Below, piece after piece: positions 26,597-34,886 of a stretch of 35,875 nt of DNA. The translations under genes and the position numbers were made by a program. The DNA is from Dehalococcoidales bacterium (GTDB taxonomy: Bacteria > Chloroflexota > Dehalococcoidia > Dehalococcoidales > RBG-16-60-22), in NCBI GenBank assembly GCA_046760155.1, contig JBHIDQ010000001.1:1-35875 (forward strand). Direction: 5' to 3'. Positions within the stretch are counted from its first letter, which is position 1; every line of letters starts with the position of its first letter. The notes beneath the pieces were generated by a model. That model was not told where the DNA came from and searched no databases. It was given only the letters and a program-made list of their open reading frames with translations.

Positions 26597-27544
26597 ATGG
26601 CTTTTGAGATTCCCAAGACCGCCTACAGCGGCAAGATTAAAGAGATAAAACTGGGCAAGGGAGATAAGGCAGTAACCGTCGGTGGGGAGACAGCTTACCC
26701 TTTCCACCTCTTTGAAGGTGAGATGCCTCATTTACCCAAAATCGCCATGGAGATTTTTGATGCACCCCCCGAGGAGTGGCCTGAGGCTGCCCTCGAGCCT
26801 TTTACTGGGGTTACTGACGACCCGGTTGCCTGGGCAAAAAAATGCCTTGATGATTACGGGGCGGAGATGATATGCCTGCAACTGGAAAGCACCGACCCCA
26901 ATGGACTTGACCGCGGCGCTGACGAAGCTGCCGAGGTAGTCAAAAAGGTAGCCGATGCCATTGATGTGCCACTCATCGTCTGGGGCACGGCTAACCATGA
27001 CAAAGACATCGAGGTTTTCCGGAAGGTGACCGAGGTCTGTCACGGGAAAAACCTGATTATTGGCCCGGTTGAGGAAGGAGACCACAAGCAGATTGGGGCT
27101 GCCGCCATCGGCTATCAGCACACCGTCGCCGCGTCAACACCGATAGACATCAACCTGGCCAAGCAACTCAATATTTTGCTGGGCAACCTCGGCGTTCCTG
27201 ATGAGCTAATCGTGATGGACCCCACCGTGAGCGGCATTGGCTACGGCATTGAATATGCTTACTCCGTAATGGAAAGAATGCGCATGGCCGCCTTAACCCA
27301 GCAGGATGATAAACTCCAGTTCCCCATTATCTGCAATATCGCCAAAGAGGTGTGGAAGACCAGGGAAGTCAAAATCTCAGAAAAAGACGACCCCAAGATG
27401 GGCGATGCCAAAAAGAGAGGGATTTTGCTGGAAGCAATGTCAGCGATGTGTCTGCTTCTGGCCGGAGCTGATGTGTTAATCATGAGACATCCCGAGGCAA
27501 TCAAACTAGTTCAGGAAATGATTGCGGAATTGACCGCTTCCTAA
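26597..27544 (+). CDS. acsD: Corrinoid/iron-sulfur protein small subunit (CdhD/delta type)
   Basis: 315 aa with SD aaaggagg upstream. The N-terminal region ...VTVGGETAYPFHLFEG resembles AcsD of acetogens. It sits within the acs cluster. Confidence 0.9.
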   Translation: MAFEIPKTAYSGKIKEIKLGKGDKAVTVGGETAYPFHLFEGEMPHLPKIAMEIFDAPPEEWPEAALEPFTGVTDDPVAWAKKCLDDYGAEMICLQLESTDPNGLDRGADEAAEVVKKVADAIDVPLIVWGTANHDKDIEVFRKVTEVCHGKNLIIGPVEEGDHKQIGAAAIGYQHTVAASTPIDINLAKQLNILLGNLGVPDELIVMDPTVSGIGYGIEYAYSVMERMRMAALTQQDDKLQFPIICNIAKEVWKTREVKISEKDDPKMGDAKKRGILLEAMSAMCLLLAGADVLIMRHPEAIKLVQEMIAELTAS

Positions 27545-27574
27545 GATAAGTTTAGAGATTGAGAGGAGAGTGAG

Positions 27575-29557
27575 ATGGCAGAAGAACAAGAGAAAGAGAA
27601 GGCAAAGAAAAGTATTGACCAAGCTACTGTTGAGATGATTGATAAAGCAACTCAGGATGGAGCTAGAGTTGTTTTTGAGCGAGCCGAGACCACAAAGCCC
27701 TGCCCCATCGGGGCTGAGGGCAGTTGCTGCAGTCTCTGTGCGATGGGGCCGTGTCGAGTACCGGTGCCGAAAGGCAGAGAGGAAACAGCAGAAGAAAAGA
27801 AGAAGCGAACCGGGGTTTGCGGCGCCACCACCGAGACCATTGCCGCCCGTAACTTTATCCGCAAGATAGCTGCCGGTGCTGCCGCCCACGGCGACCACGG
27901 CCGAAGGGTAGTTGAGGCTTTTCTCCTGGCCGCGAAAGGGAAATCACCCGAATTTCAAATCAAAGACGAGCAGAAACTGCTGCAATTAGCCCTTGACCTT
28001 GATATCGATATCGGTGACCGCAGCAATAACGAAATCGCCATTGATATTGGCGAAAAGCTTCTGAATGAGTTTGGTAAGCAGGAAGGAGAACTGCTGTTCT
28101 TGAAACGGGCGCCTTTAAAGCGCCAGGAAATCTGGCGGCAGCAGGGAGTCGCTCCACGGGGTATAGACCGGGAAGTGGTCGAAGTAATGCACCGCACCCA
28201 CATGGGTGTTGACCAGGACTACCAGAACCTGCTCCGTCAGGGGACCAGAGCTGCCCTGTGTGATGGCTGGGGTGGCAGCATGATTGCCACCGAACTTCAG
28301 GATATTCTCTTTGGCACCCCAGCACCAGTGCTCAGTCAGATAAACCTCGGGGTGCTCAAGGATGACGAAGTGAATTTCATCATTCACGGTCACGAGCCTC
28401 ACCTTGCCGAAATACTGGCAGTGGCGGCGCAGGACCCTAAAATGATTGAATACGCCAAATCCAAAGGCGCCAAGGGAATAAACCTGGCCGGTATGTGCTG
28501 CACCGCCAATGAGATATTGATGCGCCACGGAGTACCGATTGCGGGGAATTTCCTGCAACAGGAACTGGCGATAGTTACCGGGGCGGTGGAAGGGATGGTG
28601 GTAGACGTCCAGTGCATCATGCAGGGGCTGGTCGATGTCGCCAAGTGCTACCATACCAAAGTCATCACCACTGACCCAAGAGCCCATATCGAGGGCGCCA
28701 CCCATATGGAGTTTGACGAGCGCCAGGCTATGGAGTCAGCCAAGGCGATACTCAAAGCCGTGATTGATAACTTCCCCAACCGGGGCAAGAACGTCCGCAT
28801 ACCGAGTCATAAATCCGACCTGATTGCTGGCTTCAGTCATGAAACGATCAACTACTTATTGGGCGGTCTTTTCCGTGCCTCCTACCGACCATTAAACGAT
28901 AACATCATCAACGGCCGTATCCGGGGTGTCGCCGGGGTCGTTGGCTGCAGCAATGCCCGGGTTACCCACGATGATGTTCATGTTACTCTGGTCAAGGAAT
29001 TGATTAAAAACGATGTGCTGGTACTGGAAACCGGCTGCGCCGCCATGGCCTGTGCCAAGGCGGGATTAATGGTTCCCGAGGCAGCTAAAGAGTACGCCGG
29101 CGAGGGGCTGGCTTCAGTCTGTGAGGCGGTGGGTATCCCGCCGGTACTGCACCTTGGTGCCTGCATTGATAACAGTCGCATCCTGATAGCGGCGACCGCC
29201 ATGGTCAAGGATGGTGGTTTAGGTGATGATATCAGCGACCTGCCCGCCGCCGGGGCAGCGCCGGAGTGGATGAGCGAAAAAGCCATTTCTATCGGTGAGT
29301 ACTTTGTTGCCTCTGGCGTCTTCACCATCTTTGGGGTTACCTGGCCCACCACCGGCAGCAAAGAGGTAACCGATTACTTGTTCAAGGACTATGAGGAGAA
29401 GTACGGTGGGATGTGGGCCTTCGAGCCTGACCCGATGAAAATGGCTCAGCTCATCATCGCCCATATTGACAAGAAGCGTAAAGCCCTGGGCATTGATAAG
29501 GCCAGAGAGAGGGTTCTCTACGATATGGCAATGAGGCGTGAGCTAGAATCAGTCTAA
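27575..29557 (+). CDS. acsA: Ni-Fe carbon monoxide dehydrogenase catalytic subunit
   Basis: 660 aa. N-terminal cluster motifs CPIGAEGSCCSLCAMGPCR and GVCGAT, with CooS-like sequence throughout. It lies immediately upstream of acsB. Confidence 0.95.
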   Translation: MAEEQEKEKAKKSIDQATVEMIDKATQDGARVVFERAETTKPCPIGAEGSCCSLCAMGPCRVPVPKGREETAEEKKKRTGVCGATTETIAARNFIRKIAAGAAAHGDHGRRVVEAFLLAAKGKSPEFQIKDEQKLLQLALDLDIDIGDRSNNEIAIDIGEKLLNEFGKQEGELLFLKRAPLKRQEIWRQQGVAPRGIDREVVEVMHRTHMGVDQDYQNLLRQGTRAALCDGWGGSMIATELQDILFGTPAPVLSQINLGVLKDDEVNFIIHGHEPHLAEILAVAAQDPKMIEYAKSKGAKGINLAGMCCTANEILMRHGVPIAGNFLQQELAIVTGAVEGMVVDVQCIMQGLVDVAKCYHTKVITTDPRAHIEGATHMEFDERQAMESAKAILKAVIDNFPNRGKNVRIPSHKSDLIAGFSHETINYLLGGLFRASYRPLNDNIINGRIRGVAGVVGCSNARVTHDDVHVTLVKELIKNDVLVLETGCAAMACAKAGLMVPEAAKEYAGEGLASVCEAVGIPPVLHLGACIDNSRILIAATAMVKDGGLGDDISDLPAAGAAPEWMSEKAISIGEYFVASGVFTIFGVTWPTTGSKEVTDYLFKDYEEKYGGMWAFEPDPMKMAQLIIAHIDKKRKALGIDKARERVLYDMAMRRELESV

Positions 29558-29594
29558 ACGATATGGTTAAAGAGAGAGAAGGGGGTTAAGAAGT

Positions 29595-31802
29595 ATGTCT
29601 AAGATTATTGCCTCAGCCGCGATTAGAGGTGCCTATAAAATTGTGGGCCAAGCAGAAGAAAAGTGGCAACAGGCAATGGACAAATGGGGAGCCAACGAAC
29701 CGGTCGGCTTCCCCAATACGGCTTACTATCTCCCGGTAATTTACGGGATTTTGGGGGAAAAGGTAGCCAAGCTGGGTGATATGGAAGCGATACTGAAAAG
29801 GTGCAAATCCCTGCTCCCACCACCAGTACGGGAAGAGCATCCTCTACCCTACCTCGCACCCGCCCTCGATGCCGGTATGGCTACCTTCTTCGCCGAAGAA
29901 ATCATTGAAGCCATAAGGTATCTTGAACAGCCTAACTTTTACCTTCAGGGAGAAGATGTTAGCGATGAGAATATCTGGCTCGGGGCAGCCAATGATGTCA
30001 TCCTCAGAAAGAGGGGCATTGAGTTCGTCGATGGCACCGCCCCTGGCTTTGCTGCCGTCCTCGGTGCGGCACCGACCAATGAAATCGCAGTACAAATCGC
30101 GCAAGAGCTCCAGCAGAAGAACATTTATGTCTTTATGGCTGCTGCGCATGACGGCAAGCGGTTCTCGGAGCAGCTTGTGGAAGCGGGGGTGCAGATTGGG
30201 TGGCCAACCCGCCTGGTCTCGTATGGTCCGGAGATAAGTTCGGCGGTATTCGCTATGGGCTTTGCCACCAGAGTGGCCATGTCCTTTGGTGGTATTGAAC
30301 CTGGTGACTATCGAAAAGTCCTTATCTATAATAAGGACCGGGTCTTTGCCTTCGCTCTGCCGCTGGGCTATGTCAACGATGAGTGGTACGCCAATGCTGC
30401 CGGGGCAATCAACTGGGGGTTCCCGACCATTGCTGATACGCCAATACCCGAGGTCTTGCCCACCGGAATTACCACCTACGAGCACGTGGTCTCCAATATC
30501 GCCCACGACCAAATCGTCGCCAAAGCGATTGAGACCAGAGGGCTCAAGGTTACCGTCGCTGAGTTACCGATTCCAGTGGCTTTTGGGCCTGCCTTTGAAG
30601 GGGAAAGGGTGCGCGGCGAGGACATCTATCTGGAAACTGGCGGTGGCCGAACACCGATGGTGGAGTGGGTTACCAGCAAAAGAATGGAAGAGGTGGAAGA
30701 CGGTAAGATTGAGGTCATCGGGCCAGAGATAACTGATGTTCAGGCCGGTTCCCAGCTACCTCTGGCAATAGCCGTTGAGGTCGCCGGCCGAAACATGCAG
30801 GAGGACTATGAGCCCATCTTGGAGCGGCAAATTCACCACCTGATAAACTACGCCCAGGGGTTAATGCACATTGGGCAGCGGGACATTGCCTGGCTGCGGG
30901 TCAGTAAACAGGCGGTGGAAAAGGGGTTTAAACTGTCCGATATTGGGACCATTCTCCATGCCAAACTGCACCAGGATTTTGGTCGCATATTTGATAAGAT
31001 GCAGGTAAAACTCTATACCGAAGAAGACAAGGTTAAAGAGGTAGTGGAAAAGGCCAAAGCGGTCTACGGCACGCGAGATGCCCGCATTGAAGGTATGACC
31101 GATGAGACTACCGACATCTATTACTCGTGCACCCTGTGTCAGTCCTTTGCCCCCAGCCATGTCTGCGTCATCAGTCCGGAGAGAACAGGACTCTGCGGTT
31201 CTTATAACTGGATGGACTGCAAGGCAGCCTACGAGATTAACCCCACCGGCCCGAATCAACCAGTGCCCAAGGGAGAGACCCTCGATGCCAAGCTCGGGCA
31301 GTGGCAGGGAGTAAATGAATTTGTGGTTAAGGCTTCTCGCGGTAAGATAGACCACTATAACTTTTACAGCATTGTCAATGACCCGATGACCACCTGTGGC
31401 TGCTGTGAGTGCATTGCCGTCATTCTGCCCCTGTGTAACGGGATAATGACGGTGAATCGGGAATACGCGGAAGATACTCCCTGCGGAATGAAGTTCACCA
31501 CTCTGGCGGGGACGATTGGTGGCGGGGTAAGTACTCCCGGCTTTGTTGGTCACGGTAAGTACAATCTCACGCAGCGAAAATTCGTCATCGGCGATGGCGG
31601 TCTCTTAAGAATGGTCTGGATGCCCAAGATGCTCAAGGAGGAGATTGCCGAGCGACTTAAGGCCAGAGCCGAGGAGATGGGTGTACCTACCCTGCCGGAT
31701 ATGATTGCCGATGAGACGATTGGTGTTACTGAAGAAGAAATTCTCCCCTTCCTACAAGAGAAGGGACACCCCGCTCTGACGATGGACCCAATCCTGGGCT
31801 AA
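29595..31802 (+). CDS. acsB: Acetyl-CoA synthase (CO-methylating, A-cluster subunit)
   Basis: 735 aa. N-terminal PVGFPNTAYYLPVIYG, A-cluster cysteines CTLCQSFAPSHVCVISPERTGLCG and TTCGCCEC. Confidence 0.95.
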   Translation: MSKIIASAAIRGAYKIVGQAEEKWQQAMDKWGANEPVGFPNTAYYLPVIYGILGEKVAKLGDMEAILKRCKSLLPPPVREEHPLPYLAPALDAGMATFFAEEIIEAIRYLEQPNFYLQGEDVSDENIWLGAANDVILRKRGIEFVDGTAPGFAAVLGAAPTNEIAVQIAQELQQKNIYVFMAAAHDGKRFSEQLVEAGVQIGWPTRLVSYGPEISSAVFAMGFATRVAMSFGGIEPGDYRKVLIYNKDRVFAFALPLGYVNDEWYANAAGAINWGFPTIADTPIPEVLPTGITTYEHVVSNIAHDQIVAKAIETRGLKVTVAELPIPVAFGPAFEGERVRGEDIYLETGGGRTPMVEWVTSKRMEEVEDGKIEVIGPEITDVQAGSQLPLAIAVEVAGRNMQEDYEPILERQIHHLINYAQGLMHIGQRDIAWLRVSKQAVEKGFKLSDIGTILHAKLHQDFGRIFDKMQVKLYTEEDKVKEVVEKAKAVYGTRDARIEGMTDETTDIYYSCTLCQSFAPSHVCVISPERTGLCGSYNWMDCKAAYEINPTGPNQPVPKGETLDAKLGQWQGVNEFVVKASRGKIDHYNFYSIVNDPMTTCGCCECIAVILPLCNGIMTVNREYAEDTPCGMKFTTLAGTIGGGVSTPGFVGHGKYNLTQRKFVIGDGGLLRMVWMPKMLKEEIAERLKARAEEMGVPTLPDMIADETIGVTEEEILPFLQEKGHPALTMDPILG

Positions 31803-31817
31803 GAAAGGAGTGTGACC

Positions 31818-33164
31818 ATGCCACTTACCGGAATAGAGATATTCAAACTGCTGCCCAAGACGAACTGTGGTGACTGTGGCGTGCCTACCTGTCTTGCCTT
31901 CGCCATGAATCTGGCTTCAGGTAAGGTGGAGTTAAGCGCCTGCCCGCATGTCTCCGAAGAGTCGAAAGAAAAATTGGCTGAGGCATCAGCACCACCCATT
32001 CTGCCAGTTACGATTGGGTCTGGTGAGCGAGCTCTAAAGATCGGTGGTGAGACGGTCATGTTTCGCCACGAAAAAAGGTTTGAGAATCCCCCCGGTCTGG
32101 CTATGCTCATCAAGGATAACATGGATGAGGCTGAGGTCAACGCCAGACTGGAGAAATGCAAGCAGCTTCAGTATGAAAGAGTCGGGCTTACCCTCCGTCC
32201 TGAGTTGGTGGCAGTAAAAGCTGAGTCCGGAGACGCCGCCAAATTTGAGGGCGTCGTGAGCAAAGTTAAGCAAAATAGTGATTGCGGCCTTATCCTGATG
32301 AGCGATAATCCCGATATCTTAGCCCCCGGCGTAAAAGCCTGCGCTGACCGGAAACCACTGCTCTATGCTGCTACTAAAGATAACCTGGACCGCGTTGCCG
32401 AACTAGCCAAGGAGAACTCGTGTCCGGTAGCGGTGAAGGCCTCCGGTCTCGAGGAGCTTGCCGAACTGACCACTAAATTAACCGAGGCCGGACTAAAAAA
32501 CATTGTCCTTGATTCCGGGTCAAGAACCACCCGCCAGGCACTTGAGGACCAGGTAATCATCCGCAGTGCCGCACTGAATAAAAAGTTCCGTCCCCTGGGT
32601 TTCCCAACCATCACTTTCCCCAGCGAGATGACGGATAACCCGATGAAAGAAGCGGTGATTGCCTCGATGTTTATCGCCAAGTATGGTGGCATTATCGTTC
32701 TCTCCGACTTCAAGGGGGAAAGCCTGTTCCCGCTGCTCGTGGAAAGGATGAATATCTTTACCGACCCGCAGCGACCGCTGGCGACCTCGGAAGGAATCTA
32801 CGAGATTGGTGGCCCGTCGGAAAATTCTCCGGTGCTGATTACGACCAACTTCTCGCTGACCTACTTCCTCGTCTCCGGCTACCTGGAAACCAGCCGGGTT
32901 CCCAGCTGGCTTCTGGTCAAGGACACGGAAGGACTTTCGGTGATGACCGCCTGGGCTGCCGGTAAGTTCAGTGCTGATATTATCGCCCCCTTTGTCAAGA
33001 AGTGCGGCATTGAAAGTAAAATCAAACACAAGAAACTAGTTATTCCCGGCTATGCTGCCGTGGAAAGCGGGGGCTTGGAAGAGGAACTATCCGGCTGGGA
33101 GATTCTGGTTGGTCCCAGAGAAGGGGCTCATATTCCAGCCTATGTCAAGGCATGGACACCATAG
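31818..33164 (+). CDS. acsC: Corrinoid/iron-sulfur protein large subunit (CdhE/gamma type)
   Basis: N-terminal 4Fe-4S motif CGDCGVPTCLAFAMNL...C. I prefer ATG 31818 (SD aaaggag 7 nt upstream) over GTG 31812 in the ORF track. Confidence 0.9.
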   Translation: MPLTGIEIFKLLPKTNCGDCGVPTCLAFAMNLASGKVELSACPHVSEESKEKLAEASAPPILPVTIGSGERALKIGGETVMFRHEKRFENPPGLAMLIKDNMDEAEVNARLEKCKQLQYERVGLTLRPELVAVKAESGDAAKFEGVVSKVKQNSDCGLILMSDNPDILAPGVKACADRKPLLYAATKDNLDRVAELAKENSCPVAVKASGLEELAELTTKLTEAGLKNIVLDSGSRTTRQALEDQVIIRSAALNKKFRPLGFPTITFPSEMTDNPMKEAVIASMFIAKYGGIIVLSDFKGESLFPLLVERMNIFTDPQRPLATSEGIYEIGGPSENSPVLITTNFSLTYFLVSGYLETSRVPSWLLVKDTEGLSVMTAWAAGKFSADIIAPFVKKCGIESKIKHKKLVIPGYAAVESGGLEEELSGWEILVGPREGAHIPAYVKAWTP

Positions 33165-33174
33165 GAGGGGAAAA

Positions 33175-34053
33175 ATGATTCTCATCGGGGAAAACATAAA
33201 TGTTATGTCGCAGACCATCGGTCCGGCACTGAAAGAGCGGAATCCCAAACCGATTCAGGAACTGGCCAAAGCCGGAGCTGAAGCCGGGATGGACTATCTT
33301 GACCTCAATATTGGCCCGGCCCGCAAGACCGGAGAAGAGCTAATGCCCTGGGTAGTTAATACGGTGCAAGAGGTTACCGATAAGCCATTATCTCTCGATA
33401 CCACCAACTTAGCCGCGATGGAAGCGGGACTGAAGACAGCGAAAAGCAAGCCGCTCATCAATTCGGTTTCACTGCAAACGGATAGAATGGAACCGGGATT
33501 AAAGCTAGCCAAGCAATATAATGCCGATGTCATCGGTCTTCTCTGGGGTGCAGAAGGAATGCCGCGTGATGCCAATGAACGGGCGATGCATGCCGTTAAC
33601 TTCGTTTATCAAGCCAATGAGATCGGCGTCCCCAGTGAGAATATCTGGATTGATCCTATTGTCAGCCCGGTGTCAGTAGAAATAAACCAGGTTAAAGCCT
33701 GCATCGAGTTCATGGCCATGCTGGGGGAAATTGCCCCGGGGTGCAAATCTACGGTGGGCTTATCCAATATTTCCAACGGTACTCCCACCCCCCTCCGACC
33801 ATGGCTTAATCGAACTTATATGATCATGCTCATGAGATACGGACTATATTCGGCTATCGTCGATGCCTTTGATGCTGACCTGATCAAGATTGCCAAAGGT
33901 CAACGGCCGGAAATCGTTGCTTTAGTGCACCGGGTAATGGATGGCGAGAAGCCCGACTTCTCTTCTTTAACTGAGGAGGAGATTAAATACGCCAAATCGG
34001 TCAGGGTGCTGACCGGTGAATCACTCTACTCTCACTCCTGGCTGGAGATATAA
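33175..34053 (+). CDS. acsE: Methyl-THF:corrinoid/Fe-S protein methyltransferase (pterin-binding domain)
   Basis: The start is trimmed to ATG 33175 (SD ggagggg upstream; the protein begins MILIGENINV, like MeTr). The ORF-track start at 33052 would overlap acsC by 113 nt. Confidence 0.9.
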   Translation: MILIGENINVMSQTIGPALKERNPKPIQELAKAGAEAGMDYLDLNIGPARKTGEELMPWVVNTVQEVTDKPLSLDTTNLAAMEAGLKTAKSKPLINSVSLQTDRMEPGLKLAKQYNADVIGLLWGAEGMPRDANERAMHAVNFVYQANEIGVPSENIWIDPIVSPVSVEINQVKACIEFMAMLGEIAPGCKSTVGLSNISNGTPTPLRPWLNRTYMIMLMRYGLYSAIVDAFDADLIKIAKGQRPEIVALVHRVMDGEKPDFSSLTEEEIKYAKSVRVLTGESLYSHSWLEI

Positions 34054-34095
34054 GTCAAGAGGCCTCAAAATAAATAAAAATAAATAGGGAATTTT

Positions 34096-34153
34096 AGAGG
34101 GGCGAAGTCCCCTCTTCAAAACCTCTTTCCTCTCCCCTTCACAAGGGGAGAGG
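34096..34153 (+). terminator. Two GC-rich hairpins closing the acs operon (REP-like / terminator-like)
   Basis: Hairpin 1: agagggg-cgaagt-cccctct (34096-34115). Hairpin 2: cctctcccctt-cac-aaggggagagg (34129-34153, 11-bp stem). Neither has a canonical U-tract. Confidence 0.5.
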
Positions 34154-34201
34154 GATAAAGGGTGAGGAGTTAAACAACTTTCAGAAAATTACCGATACCA
34201 G

Positions 34202-34867
34202 ATGGAAAGTAAAACTTTGACATTGCCGATTAGCCAGAATGATGAATATGGTTACGAGCTTGCTTACCGGCTGGCTGGTGAACAGCTGGCTCAGATTGAT
34301 GATATCGAGGAACAGTGCCGCAAAAGCGGTACTCAGTATTTAGACTCCCAAAAAGCAATTGTCATCGAATATTTAAACCAACAATACCTGATTACGCTGG
34401 TCAATATTAGGGTCTCTTTAATGGACAAAGAGGAGGAGGTTCCGTTATTAGACAAGATTCTCCTGCTTCATTATTTCATTCAGGCAAAGGGTACCCCAAT
34501 CTCGAACCAGCTGATATCCTTCAAGGAGCTGCCCGAAGGAGCTGGCTATTTCCCGACCTTCTACCAGAGAGCCATCAAGCCACTGGTTACTTACTTTGGC
34601 AATGAACCCCACCGATTAATAGATATGGCTAGATTATTGAATGGACACGAAGCTGATTATGGTGATGCCTCGGTAACCATTAACGCTTTAAGTCGGGTGC
34701 CGCTAACTCTGGTCCTGTGGCAGGGTGATGCTGAATTTCCTCCCGAAGGAAGCATCATGTTTGACCGCACTATCTCCGATTATCTCCCTACCGAGGACAT
34801 CATTTTTCTCTGCCAGACTACTGCCTGGAGGTTAGTCAAACTGCTAAAGTCGGCAGGCAAACTCTGA
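34202..34867 (+). CDS. Hypothetical protein, 221 aa (possibly DUF3786-like; from recollection, unverified)
   Basis: Clean ORF in the same orientation as the acs genes. There is no obvious SD before the ATG and no cofactor motif. From memory, proteins of this size and style accompany acs/corrinoid clusters as DUF3786. Confidence 0.6.
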   Translation: MESKTLTLPISQNDEYGYELAYRLAGEQLAQIDDIEEQCRKSGTQYLDSQKAIVIEYLNQQYLITLVNIRVSLMDKEEEVPLLDKILLLHYFIQAKGTPISNQLISFKELPEGAGYFPTFYQRAIKPLVTYFGNEPHRLIDMARLLNGHEADYGDASVTINALSRVPLTLVLWQGDAEFPPEGSIMFDRTISDYLPTEDIIFLCQTTAWRLVKLLKSAGKL

Positions 34868-34886
34868 GCAATTAACGAGGTGCAGC

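Noticed and set aside
33052-33174. ORF-track start of acsE at 33052, overlapping acsC by 113 nt.
   Set aside because: An internal ATG at 33175 has a good SD (ggagggg) and sits 10 nt after the acsC stop. It gives the expected MeTr-like N-terminus MILIGENINV. The extension is an out-of-frame read of the acsC 3' end.
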